Shown: piece by piece, positions 1 to 12,900 of the stretch
Numbering within the stretch: position 1 is the first letter of the stretch
How the letters are laid out: every line of letters starts with the position of its first letter
Assembly (NCBI GenBank): GCA_009103225.1
Contig: RHPI01000385.1
Location: 81,962 to 145,961 of the forward strand
Reading direction: 5' to 3'
Origin: Chlorokybus atmophyticus
Lineage: Eukaryota > Plantae > Mesostigma and Chlorokybus algae
DNA: 64,000 bases
Made by a program: the position numbers and the translations under genes
The notes under the pieces: model-generated
Told to the model about the DNA's origin: nothing
Database searches by the model: none
The model's input: the letters and a program-made list of their open reading frames with translations, nothing else

Positions 1-2700
1 TTGTGGATGCACTCCGTAACTTAAGAAAAAGGGAGTTTCCTGCACACTCTTGCCATGCATTGTTAATCGCGAACGCAGCCATTGGAAGATAAATATTCCA
101 ATCGAACTACTTCAGACTCACATAATGCCGGGTGGTTTCCTTAATCACTTGATTGGCGCGTTCAGTCTGACCATCAGTTTGCGCATGATAAGCAGTACTC
201 AAGTGCTGCTGTATCTGCAGGAAGTTGCATAGCGACTTTTAAATCTGAGCCACAAATCTCGGGTCACGGTCAGAGACAATGTTGCGAGGCAACCCATGCA
301 ACTTGAACACTGACCCGATAAAAAACCATCGCTAGATCACAGGAGCCCATCTCCGTACGGCAAGGAACAATGTGAACCATTTTGGTCAACGAACCACAAA
401 TACTGCAACCGCGGTATAACCCAACGCTGTCTCAGGGAGCTCAGTGATAAGGTCCATACTCACACTTTCCCCGTTATTGTCAGGAACTGGTAACGGCCGC
501 AGTAGCCCAGCGGGCTTTTGACGTAACGGTTTGTCGTGTTGACATTTATCACACGTGTCCACATACCGCTTTACATCAGCAGGCAACAATGGCCACTAAT
601 ACAACTGTTGCGCTGCCTTCGTGGTCTTGTGACTACCAAAGTGCCTAGCGTACGGTGGATCGTGTATATCTGCTATGCATTTTACACGCAGTTCAGCTTG
701 GTCAGGTATCACCAAACTATTGCTCAAATAATACAGATTGTCACGTTTGTAAAACTTACGAAAGTTGTCTGCAATAGAAAACCACGAGTCCAAAATGTAC
801 CCTTGTACAATAGCTTGCACCAACTCATCATCAGAAGACAATATGCCGCGTGTCGCGAGTAATTGCGCGCGCATCACCGCCAGTAATAACGGGCAGCAAC
901 TTAAAGGGTCAGCCAAATTGGTTTTGCCCGGCCGATACACCCAATCAAAGGTGAACCTTGACAAAAACTCATTCCAGCGCGCTTTCCGTCTCGATAAGTT
1001 TTGCTGTGTTGAGAAATACCCTAGCGGGTTGTGATCAGTCACAACAGTGAACTGAATAACCTCTAAGTAACATCACCATGTCTGAAGAGCATGAACTATA
1101 CCCGATAGTTCTTGCTCTGTCGTAGTGTAGTTCACCTCTGCAGGAATGAACTTCCTACTCTCATAAGCACAAGGTCTGCCATCTTGCAACAGTACCGCAC
1201 TACACCTAAGTGTTGATGCGTCACTGACCACAGTGCAGTGTTTGTCCCAATTTCACAGTGCTAACACCGGCGCTGATATTAAAGCCAACTTCACCTTTTG
1301 CATAACAGCTTCTTGTTCTGTCGTCCAAGTGAACGGGGCATCTTTACGCAACAGTTTGGTCAAAGGCATGACAGCTATCTATTTTTTTCCCAACGATGAA
1401 CTTGCGAAAGTAGTTTGCCAACCCTAAAAACGACCTTAGTTGATGGAAATTCTGAGGTTGGGGCCACTCTTTTACAACATGCACTTTGCGAGGGTCAGGC
1501 TTGATACCCGCACCACTCACAATGTGACAAAGGAAGGGCAACTCCGTTCTACAACAAACGATGCTTGCCTCATCTTGCAAACACCGCTTCCAAGTGTTGC
1601 CTATGTGCTTCCTTTGTTTTACTGAAGACAATGATGTCATCCAGGTATATCATAACATGTTTACCAAGCATATCATTAAATGTTTTCTTCATTTCCTTCT
1701 GAAACACAGTGGGTGCATTAGTCAATCAAAAAGGTAACACTATGTATTGATAATGGCCCGTAGGTGTTTTGAACGCTGTCTTATAGACATCCGAAGGATG
1801 AATCCGGATTTGATGATAGCCACTTGTCAAGTGCAGCGTACTAAAGTACGCATTCCTTGACAACTCGTCAAATACATCATCAATCCTTGGCAATGGGTAT
1901 CTGTTCTTTACCGTGATTTTATTTAGAGCACGGTAATCCACACACATGCGCAACTTCCCATTCTTCTTCATAACAAAATGGGTGCGCCGAAGGGTGAAGA
2001 ACTCGGTTCAATCAATCCCTTTTTCAATAACTCTTCTATCTGTGTTTCCATTTCCCCCCTGTCACAAGGGCTCAACCCATATATAGGCCGAAATGGAGGC
2101 TCACTGTCAGGAATCAAAGGTATTGTGTGTCCGACACCTCGATTAGGGGGCAAGCCTGGCAATTCATCATCTGAGAACGCATCCGGAAACTTCTTAATGA
2201 TGTCCGCCACACCTTCTGTATTGCCAGGCACTACATCATCACTTGACGTTAAGTGCACTAGAAAAGCATGTGTGTTATTTCGTAACGCACGCTTCACTTA
2301 AAGCGCCGTAAGTAAACGCAGGGACTGTTTGCTTGTATTCCAAGCTATGCGACCCCTGCACGGATAAAGTGATGCGCTTACGCCCCTTCTTTACTGTGCA
2401 CAACCGTGCAGCAGTATTTAATGTCATAAACACTTGATCTTGCCATTCTTGACCAATTACCACATTAACACCATCTATATCAATGGGTACTACTATGAAA
2501 ATTGGCTTGATAACTACCAACCTTAACTGTCAATCTCACCTTTTACTGATAACGCACCCCCAGCACCAGCAGCTGAGAAGACTGAGGGTTTGCACGCTAT
2601 CTTATTACGCATAACCCATTTGTTTTCAACGAAGGTATGCGTTGCCCTAATGTCAACCAAGAACGAGCTAGTGATACCCTATGCCGTGCCTGTGAAGGTC
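1..2700 (-). mobile_element. Degenerate Ty3/Gypsy LTR retrotransposon pol (protease-RT-RNaseH-integrase), truncated by the window edge
   Basis: Minus-strand motifs in Gypsy order: protease remnant FLVDIRAT...DGVNVVIGQEW (~2450-2660); RT KKNGKLRMCVDYRALNK..YPLPRIDD and IYLDDIIVFS (~1620-1970); RNase[17 protein letters not shown] (596-1042); integrase CDKCQ Zn finger plus VSMDL / SDRDP / GQTER DDE (1-590). Many frameshifts and stops. Confidence 0.95.
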
Positions 2701-3127
2701 CACAATAAAGATACTACTCGACGTTGAAAGGTAGCCGATATTCCGTGATTGATGCGTGGGTTAATCAATACTGCTGACAACCGCACTGTCCCCGTCTCAC
2801 GCTTTGAATTGTTTTAACACAGTCCCCCCCGAGTATGCTTTAGCCACGGTCCATGATACTTGGGCACCATGACAACCACACTCAGTGTCGTGTGTTAAAT
2901 TTGTAACTTACACAATGTGCGCAAAGCTTTTATTAGCATGTTAAACTCTACATGCATAAGCACACAAGCATTATCATCCACTTTTTCACTATCAAAAAGT
3001 GGCAGCTTGTCATGTGCTTGCTATGCATGTGTCAGTACATGCACACGGGACAACTCATCAAACCAGTTTGCTGCCAGTACGTGTAGTACATGTAGTTGTA
3101 GCAACTGACCACCAGCTGCCACATCAG

Positions 3128-3436
3128 TCACGACGTAATCCTATTCAACCTTCTTCGCCTTGCCCTTCCCCTTGGTTGGGCATTTCTTGCAATGTGACCC
3201 GGCTGATGACACACATAACATGCGCGTGCCGCCGAAGGCGCACCGCCAGCAGCTGCTGCAGGTGTGAATGTTTTGGCTTCCTCGGGCGCATGCGCACTTG
3301 GTGGGGGGAATTGCTGTGATTGAACAAAACGGCAAGTCAAATGAAGTCTCCCTCCCCAATTTCCCTTTATAGTGGTAAAATCCACCTTCACCTTTATCAT
3401 TTTGATACAAGTGGTATATATATATAACTACCCCGG

Positions 3437-3474
<38 letters not shown>

Positions 3475-3830
3475 CCGGTAGTGCCGTTGTATGCAGCTGT
3501 TGGTGCATGCGTCATGCATGCATTGCGGCACGTGAGACCATTTGAGGCAGTTTTAGGTTATATTCTTTACAAACGCAGGGCAGGGCGCCTCGTGTCGTCG
3601 TAGTCTAGCTGGTCCATGGTTAGGTCACATGATGTTGCTTGCCAACCCATTTGGTTCTGTCGCGCAGGTTCGGAGCTCGGCGATGGAGAGACGAAACGAG
3701 TGTGCTTTGGCTCTTTTGGTTTTTCGCCGCGAACTGCGGCCATAACATTTCTGGTTAGATCACGCATTAAGATTAATCTCCTTATTACATGATCCAACCA
3801 AAGATAAATTTAAGATGTGGCTATTATTAA
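3128..3830 (-). pseudogene. Gypsy gag remnant with CCHC zinc knuckle
   Basis: CYVCHQPGHIA+KCP knuckle is restored by a 1-nt frameshift near 3188. It lies directly upstream of the protease on the same strand. Confidence 0.75.
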
Positions 3831-5281
3831 GTTCAAGAAAAGACGGATACCGAACTTAATGCACACCAGGTGATTGACCTTAATGGCAGCTCGATACGAA
3901 ACAAAGTTGTGGCTGCAGCCGCAAAGAGTGCAAAAATGGACTCCAACATATCGGATACATTGCTTGCATATGGATCCCTTAAGTTATAGCTGCATTTCCA
4001 ATTGATTTGTGGGCAAGGCCGAACTGTTGGGGGGCCATTTCTACCAATGCGCCGCCACCGCCGCCGCCGCCAAAGTAATGCAGCAGCAAGAGCACTTGCT
4101 GGCTTCTCAGCCTTGGGCGTTGCAGCCCAATCGAGTATTGTTTAGGCCTGGTCTAAGGTGACAGAGTAGAGGTGACAGGAAGCACCTACACTTGTCAGAT
4201 GGTAACTGGCTTCAGATCAGGCTAACAAGATGTTTGCTGTTTTGCAACAAAGATGGTCATGGTAAGGAAGTCGTATGTGAGGCTATTGCCTTATTCACAT
4301 GCATACAGGTGTCCACACGGGGTGGGGGGTGGGGGGGGGGCAAGTCAGTGTCACACATACAGACACGGCTGCATGCCGTTACAACTGCATTGCATTCGTC
4401 GTACATACAGCTGCACCCCAGCACCAGCATTGCTTGTACAATTCGAGATGCTTGACCCAACTTGTAAGAAAGACGCCGTGGTGAGACTCTGGCAACCCTA
4501 TGTCGTTGGCTTTGCAATTTGAAGGAAGAGGAGGGGAGAGGAAGGAGGGAGGTAGCGAGAGCAGGAGAGGGAGAGGGAGGGTGTGCTGCATTGCGTTGTG
4601 TTATTAATGTTGCCCAATGCCGTGCTGCAACCGACGCTGATAATATAAGTGTTACTATGTTTGTTTGCATGCATGCATGGCTGACGGGGTGGCGGCGGTA
4701 GTTGTAGACTCAGCGATAGCGTGGCATGAGAGGTTCTGTAGCAGCTCGCGATCGGCTGATATGTAGTGAGAATGCTGTATAATATGTGATGTGCACATGT
4801 ATCATGTTCGGCATGTTTCACAAATGTTGCTGCCGCAAGTCCCCTTTACGTTTTTGTGTACGTGAGCGCAGTGTTACGTGGGTGGTAGATGATGCATACG
4901 ATTGAGCAATGCAGTGTAGCTGAATGCATTGTGGTACATTTAATAATGGTTCGTGCTGATATTGATGCATATTGAACTATGTCGTATTGTGAGGGAGCAT
5001 ATTTGCAATTGATAACTGTGCTTTCCGCACAATAGCAATCCGCGCATGCTCCACTATGTTTGAGGCAAGACGCAGTAAATAAAGTATACATCAAGCGCTT
5101 TGAAGTGGAGCCAGCGATCCACAATCATGAAAATTGATGCAGACGCAACCACATGCGCATGCCCCTTGCTTTAATATTAAAAATTGAAGAAAGATGTGCT
5201 GTCATTGCACAGTTCAAGCCATTGTAAAGCTACCTTAGAAGCTGCAACCGGCTGACGATAGTATTCAAGCTTCTGTCATAA

Positions 5282-5645
5282 TGTACGGAGGGGTGCTACG
5301 GTAGCACCCCTCCGTACATCACTGCTACCGCCCCCTCTAATCCCCTACCCCAACACCGCCATCAGCCGCGTCGCCGACACCGCCGCCGCTAGGGGCCACT
5401 GCCGGAGCAGAAGATCCCCTGGCTATGGCGGCCGCTGCATTAGCAGTGTCGCCATACAGCTGATATTAATACGAGACTCATGTCTCGTATCGATATCAGC
5501 GTTACAGACAAGTAACACTACATTAGGGCCTTCACACTAGGTTAACGGCCCTAATACGGCTTGATTGGCTGTATATACCCGTTGAGACCCTTATGTAATT
5601 CTAAATAAGGGCGGGGAACCTCTATAGAGGTAGCACTCTGTTACA
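5282..5645. mobile_element. Solo LTR A (364 bp)
   Basis: TGTA...TACA termini; flanks CATAA (5277-5281) and CATGA (5646-5650) form a 5-bp TSD with one mismatch; several internal hairpins. Confidence 0.6.
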
Positions 5646-5652
5646 CATGAGC

Positions 5653-6321
5653 TGTGACGGTGCTCGTGCCGTGTCACCCGTGAGTTGGTCCAATCAACAA
5701 CCCTCTTACCAAGACACGGCATTCACACGAGAATCTTGCCCCCTCTGCCAAGCACACACGCGCGCCCCGCCACTCGCGTACGCACGCGCACGTGCTCGAA
5801 GCTACACACCGACTTGTGTAGCGCCTTGAATCGTCACACAAGAAAGCACACACCAGTGGACACACGCTAGCAACCCCTGCTAACCACCACCAAGCTTGCA
5901 CACCAGAAACTAGGGAGCTAAAGGTTGTATTGCAAACCGTAGAATGTCACTTTTATACCTACTAGTCTGCACATGCTACTGTTAGACGATTCTAGCGCTA
6001 GACGGAACTAGAAGCTAAGATATTCTTGCAGAATCTTGTAGTACACTTCTAGACCTTTCCGACGCACCAAAGATCTCATCATTTGCTGCTCATATGGTCA
6101 AGTTATACTACTTGGCGCCAGGCCCTTTCAGAAATCTGGTCGAGCCCTTCTCGACTGGCCCTCCGTTTTCTGGCGTCTTCCAGACTGGCCCTGGGCCGGT
6201 CGATATCTGCGGCAGACTCGCAACTCGCCGATATCCGCCACAAGTCATGAAAAACATGGTATCTCACAAATAAGGCCTAAAATGGCCATGCAAATCACGA
6301 AATTTGGCCTTGACTATTACA
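5653..6321. mobile_element. Solo LTR B (669 bp)
   Basis: TG...CA termini with a perfect 5-bp TSD TGAGC (5648-5652 and 6322-6326); no coding capacity. Confidence 0.65.
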
Positions 6322-8229
6322 TGAGCACTCGTTGCCATGAGCACTCAACACATGCAGCGTTGTCCTCAGCAGACTGCTGAGGACTACAAGCATTCAGGCA
6401 TACACGCATCCACGGGGGCTACTCTGTACAAACAAGCGGATGCTCTGTGTATACATGTATACCCAATCGTATGTACACCTGTGCAAGACGAGGGAGGCTG
6501 TGCCATTGCCACATCGTGGCGCCCCTGTGACTAGGGAGCGGATCATTATGCCAACAGATGGCAGGACGTAGGGTGGCAAAGCAACCTTTCGGGCATTACT
6601 TTTGTCCACCATGGGCAGAGCTTCCACGTAAAGATTTTGTGTCTGACGCGACAGGTGTACGAACAGGCCAAAGGGAATGAACAACCAGGGAAGGGTATTT
6701 TGGGAGTAGGACACCATCGCCGCTCCGCACCCTTCAACCAAAGCAGAAGAGGATCTATAAGTCAACGGGAATTAGGCTAATTGGAGTCCTCGCTACATAC
6801 TGATTTATCATTAGGCGCTGACACCTCATATCGCATCTCCACATTTTTACCACTTTAGGTACATGTGTTGTTGAACGCGGTGGCCACGCCTATGGAGAGG
6901 GGTTCAGTACACGGAGAAGGACATGGCGGGCCGATCATGCCCCAATCATAGTCTATGAGATTGCTCACCAACGGGGCTACCGCAGTGACTGGACCACTCA
7001 CACACAAGGGGTTAAGCTCCCCTTATGCTCAATGTGGCCTGCACTTACTACAGGCACTTCCTCGCGCTTAGGCCATACATATTATTGAGGCGCTGCGGCC
7101 ATGCTAGCTGCTAGAGCCTCCCTCGTCGCACCTACACCAGGTCAGACATAATGCTGACGCCTGGGCCGGCGCCTTAGCTCCTCCTGGAGGGGCCCTCGCG
7201 AGCTCATACGCGTTGGACCTGCTCACCCCCGACATCATGCACGACCATATGTAAGCGGCCAAGGCAAACCCTGCCTTAAAAGACCGCCACCTCAGCTATT
7301 GTGATGCAGTGTTGGAATTAGATACACATCCCAATCGACTGCAATCATTATCAACGACTTAGAAGCCTCAATAGCTTCACGAGCGAATCAACGGAGCGGA
7401 TGTCAGAAGACAGACAGCTACGGCAATTACAATTGTTAGGATTGCACAGTGGTAGAGGTACTCAGCTAGCATTCTCAACTAGTCAATTCATCTTGCAAGT
7501 TTCTCTCTTTCTCGTTCACTATCGATACATTGTTGACTCTTAGCGTTTTGCCCGTACCTTGTGGTTAGCTTAAGAGTTGATACTATTTGCTTCAACTTTG
7601 TTGCAACAGCAAGTTCCTGACCTGGAAGAGTGTGAGCATTGTGAGAGTATGTTGATGTGGTGAGCATAGTGCATGCCTTCGAGAAGCCTGCCGTCATCTC
7701 ACATACATTGCGGTCAACCCAATGCTGCTACGTTATCCACAGCCGACCGTGATCTTTCTACACTTGTAACCGATACGGCACTGTGCACTGCTAGCCGTAC
7801 TACAGTCAAGATGCATGCAGGGAGCAATGAGAGTGACTTAGCACCAACTCCGAGTGATTCGTTCTGTGCACCTTCACGGGATCACCGTATTGTGAATGCA
7901 TGACATGCAATGAGTGTTTCCAGCTTGTAAGTTTTACAACTACAAGTGGAACAACCGTTGTGCCAAACTTCATCATTGCCTTTTCACACACTTCCCCACT
8001 ATCACAGATGGTAGGGGAGCGAGCTGTCCTGGTCAACATTCGTTTTTCACATTTCATAATCACATTTGAGGCACGGCCGGGTCTTTGACACACACCGAGC
8101 AACATCTCTACTGCACATGGAGCACAAGGTCTACACATGCACATTTACACATGTAAAGTTATTCACCAGAGTCCGGGCCTACGTCCTCTTCAGAATCAGG
8201 AGGCTTGGTGTGCCATCGCATTATGGAGC

Positions 8230-8766
8230 TGTAACGGGAAGGTACATTAAGATTACCACAACTCGACCATTAAAGCACCAAGTCTTTTGTGGTCGAGTGG
8301 GCTGTGACATTGGTCATCGGAGCTTGAGGACCGGGCTCGATTCCTGCCTTGCACACGAATTCCGCGGTCGTTGTTTTCTCCATCCAATAACAGCGTAAAT
8401 GGTCACTTTATGAGTGCCATCATCGATGGGTCGCGACTTGTCTACTGGCAGTCGCGCCGAACTGACCAGTTCAGTCGGCGCGGCAGGGCGCGACCTGCCT
8501 ATCGCGGCGACGCGACCTGTGGGGCCGGCAGCGGCGCGCTATGCGCGCGCTGACCGGTATGGGCCTAAATTGGCCGGTCCTTGGATGGTGGGGCCGGTGA
8601 CCGACCCTAAATCAGACCCCTGGGAAGATTCCCCAGCTGATGGGCGCCAGCTGCCGAGGACGTCAGCATTCTTAAGTGAGGGGGAATGTAACGGGAAGGT
8701 ACATTAAAATTACCACAAATCGATCATAAAAGCACCAAGTCTTTTGTGGTCGAGTGGGCTGTGACA
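8230..8766 (+). mobile_element. TRIM (terminal-repeat retrotransposon in miniature), 537 bp
   Basis: Two 80-bp TG...CA LTRs (8230-8309, 8687-8766; 4 mismatches); PBS-like TGGTCATCGGAGC at 8311; PPT GAGGGGGAA at 8678-8686; perfect TSD GGAGC (8225-8229 and 8767-8771); non-coding interior. Confidence 0.92.
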
Positions 8767-9902
8767 GGAGCGGGGCAGTGCAGGGCAACCTCGTACACAA
8801 CGTTGTTGCTCACACCAAGCGCACGCGTGTACTCAGCCAGGCTCACTAGATTGGCACAACCCTCTGCATATCCAGGAAGGAGGACACTACGGACAAATCA
8901 CTCAAATTGGGTGGCAACAGCGTTACGTAGCCCCTCCCACCCAGAAGTAAGGTGTGGTAGAGTAACTGTCAGACCTATCCTCCACTGTCGGTTCATACAT
9001 GCGCATGGGTATGGGTGTGCAAGAACAATGGAGGGGGGACCAGCATGTTGGCGTGTATAATATAGTATGCAAGGATTACCAGCAAGGCCACCTGCCAGTC
9101 AACTATCGCACGAGCGGGGGCGATTGGATTACCACGACTGTACCGCCCCAGCACGGCTCTGTTACCTCCACTTCTTCCTGCACATTTGCTGTGAGGAGGC
9201 CGGCGCTCGTGGGTCTTTTTTTTTTTTTTCTTAAGCCCCACCCCTGCGATATTACACATATTACTGCATCGTTGCCATCGTGGACAAGGTGCCCCACATG
9301 CACGAGCCCAAGATGCACAGTTTAAGGCATGAGAAATGTGTTTATCTTCATGCCCAAGAAGTAGGACTCAGATTTCACATTTACAAGTGGATATCGAGCA
9401 CCAGCAGACACGACGGCTATCAGCACGACACTTCCGTTGCAGTCGCCCAGCCAACCTTGACATGAACTTATCTGCACAATGATGGCACATCTTTCCTCAT
9501 TCTCCAATCTTCAATCAAGGACCATGCGCAGGTGGCTGCATCCGCAATGCATTGGGAGTTGCAAAGCAGGCTCCTGCACAAGTACCACAGAAAAGTCAAT
9601 GACATATATGACAATCAACATGCGCACACATAGCTGAGGTACCGAGATATACACACTTGCAATGCACAACCCGATTACATGCACCACGCCCGCATGCGCA
9701 CAGCGTCACGCATCAAGGTGTGCATGGTGTGCACTCTATGCGTTTCTGGAGAAGTTAGAGTACCTACCCCGCAACACGCAACCAGCAGCAGAGTGCGAAT
9801 CATGCAGAACTCAGCTCAGTCCAACCAACAACTTACCAAGGCAATGTGCTTGATAAATGCAATCCAGCACAAAAACTAACCACACACTGAACCTACAGCT
9901 AG

Positions 9903-12900
9903 TCATCTGTCTGCTTGCTGTTGTTCTCGCCTCTCCCTCCCCTTACGTCTCCTCGCCCTGACCAAATCATCAAACCCGCTCTCCGCCATGGCAAGGCTGG
10001 CAGCTCGCTTAGCATGATACACCTTGGTGATACCCTTCAGCACCTCTTTCTCGTCGGGTTCCCATGCGGCGAGGTGCGCCCCGACAAGTTCTTCAATGGG
10101 GGCGACGAGAGCGACGTCGTACTGCGTGACGAGTGTGGCCGCGCGACCGCCGCGACCAGCCCGAGCCGTACGACCAACGCGGTGGACATAGTCTGACGCG
10201 CGAGCGGGGACATCGTAGTTGAGCACGAGGTCCACAGTAGGGATGTCCAGACCGCGCGAGGCCACGTCCGTCGCAAGCAACACGCGTGCCGCACCCGACC
10301 TAAACCTGAGATCACACAAGCGGGCAATGGCCAATATCAGCACCACGAGTCACCTATTGACCAGTGCATTTGCGATTAAGCAGAAACCTGTCTTCCGAGC
10401 GCAACACATACACAAGGACACAAACAACACGTGGTTGTGTTGCACTCACAGGCACCAGGGCAAGCATGTGTATACTTTGTGTTGCCAGCATCTATGCATG
10501 CTCTAACTAGTGGAACCTTGCGCAGGCAACTGCATGCCTTTTGACAACCGGTCAAAAGGCCTTGTTGACCCGCAATGCATCTGGCGCGTGTGACACAGGT
10601 GTGGCTCATCCTCACCTGTTGAGTGAGGCCATGCGTTCTCGCTGTGTCTTGAGGCTATGCAGTGCGACAACATCCTGGATGCCAAGCTCGCGGAGTGTGA
10701 GGGCGAGGAGGTGGCAGGCGCGGCAGGTGGACAGGAAGACGATGGCGGAGCGGACGGGGGGCGAAAGAGATTCCAAACTGCTCATGATGTGGAAGAGGTA
10801 CACCTCCTTCACCTTCGCCGGGATGAAGAGGTACTCCTGGCGCAGCGTGGCCACTGTCTTCAAGCCCTCGTAAGCCTGAAGGACATAGAAATGGATCGTC
10901 ACTCAACCAGGCAGCTTAGTGTGTATGTACTCTGTTGGTGATGCAGTGCAGTGATGTGTCTTGCGCAGTGTCGTGCTGTTGCAAAGTGAGCTGCAGCTGC
11001 AGTGCAGGCAAATGTTGTGTAGTGCAGAACAACGTTGTACAGACTAGTGTGGTGGGATGTAGTGAACTCTAGTGTAGTATAGTGTGCAACAAGTGCACGA
11101 GTACACAGGTTCAGCGTACCCGGAAGTGGTACGCATCAGAAAGGGTGACTTCCTGCAGCTTAGCGACACTGCTGGTGACCGTTGCAGAGAACAGCAGCGT
11201 CTGTCGCCGGACTCCTCCACGCTTCGCGTCACCGTTGCTGCCACCACCGCCGAGGGCCTCAAGCACGACGCGCATCTCGTCCTCGAAGCCGGGATCCAGC
11301 AGCCGGTCAGCCTCGTCAAGAACGAGGTAGCGCACGCGCGAGAGGGACGCGGCCACAGCTCCCGCCGACGACTGCACATGGTCCATCAGCCGACCGGGGG
11401 TGGCTATCACCACGTGCGGCCGTTTCGCCAGTGCCGTTGACTGGAAAGCGAACAACAAGGGGCCAAAGCAATGAGTGGCTGCGCAAGCAAAGAGGCAACA
11501 AGCAATCGACAGACAAATAGTTGTGTGGCAGTAATGCATGCGCATAGGTCAGCGCATGCATTACTGGAGCAACTTACACAGTACTTACGCGTGCGCATAC
11601 GTAAATGTGCGAACACGTGTGCATGCGCATGCGTGCTTGGACGTGAGTCTTGTTGTGACCACATGCAACCTCATATTCTCTGCATATACAACCATAACCC
11701 CGTACACGTTTGTGTTGTGCCTTCATATTCACATACCTGTGTGGTCATGTCTAAGCCGCCAACAATGACTGCTGTTTTCAGGTTCAACGAGGCGCCAAGG
11801 GCCCGGAACTGGTCATCAATCTGAAAGGCCAGCTCGCGGGTTGGGGTCAGGACCACTGCATATATGCCATACGGATCCTGCATGAAGTGACAGGTTCGGT
11901 GAATAATACACCGAGAAACCCGTGTTTTGTGATGTATGGGGTGAAGGTGCACCTGTGCGAGCGTGTTGATGATCGGCAATGCGAAGGCAGCAGTCTTGCC
12001 GGAACCGGTCTGTGCTGTTCCAATCACGTCTTCGCCTGCAAGGATGTGTGGGATGCAACCGACCTGTGCCATGCCAGTAATGCAATCAACACACTCCGCC
12101 ATTTGTGAAGGGCTCTTTTGAATAACAAAATCAGTAACTACCACCACTTATGTATCTACTCTTCATAACTCGCAATCTTCTTTGTGTTTAGTATTGTTCG
12201 TCATCATTTGCATTTGCAAAATCATATGAAGCGTAAGAACACTCAACAGAGCCTGTCACTGCATATGTATACGCCGCGGAAGGTTGACATAAGGACACTG
12301 CTCTGCGTCTTTGCCAAATCGTTATCACGTAAACTGGGATCGTTACAAAGTGTGAGTGCAGCATGCATCGCACTGAATTCACTGAATACCTTAATTGACA
12401 CAATAAGTGACATGCATGCACGTATGCGTGCAACCTTCTCATGCCCCACCTGCACAGGAGTGGGCTTCCTCATGCCCATGGCTCGGCAGGTGTCGCAAAG
12501 CCACTCCGCGACACCCAAGTCTCTGAAGCTGCTCGCAACGCCATTGCTGTTGGACACATCCTCTACCGCCACAGCCTGGTCCGCGCCCTGATCCAGTTCA
12601 GCGCCGTCCGCCGGCTCCCGCAGGCGATCTTCATCTACGGGCGGAGCAGGCCTGTGCTTGAATGAGTCTTCCTTCTTCCTCTTTTTGCTGGGCGACGAAA
12701 ACAGCTGAAAGGCATCCTCCTTCGGCTCGTCCTCAACCTCGTTGACCTCGTGGTCCCCGTTCTCCTGAGCGTCGTCACTCACGCCTCCGGCATGAGGCGG
12801 CGGCGAGGGCGGCGGCCCTGCCTGCTCATCCTCTTCATACGCATGCTCCTGTACAGCAGCTCGCCCATTCTCTTCATCAGCGACATGCTTCTTCCTCCTC

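Noticed and set aside
4030-4050. PBS and 5' LTR boundary of the Gypsy element (TGGTAGAAATGGC on the minus strand)
   Set aside because: The second LTR is outside the window and no tRNA match can be confirmed, so the boundary cannot be supported.
4320-4341. G-quadruplex-like G tracts (also 40829-40863)
   Set aside because: Simple G runs are common in this genome's non-coding DNA, and no specific function is supportable.
7535-7565. Walker A-like PQGTGKTL on the minus strand
   Set aside because: It is immediately preceded by a stop, with no Walker B or open frame around it; probably chance.
8230-8309. Cassandra-type TRIM with a 5S rRNA segment in the LTR
   Set aside because: The LTRs are only 80 bp and show no recognisable 5S A/C box sequence.
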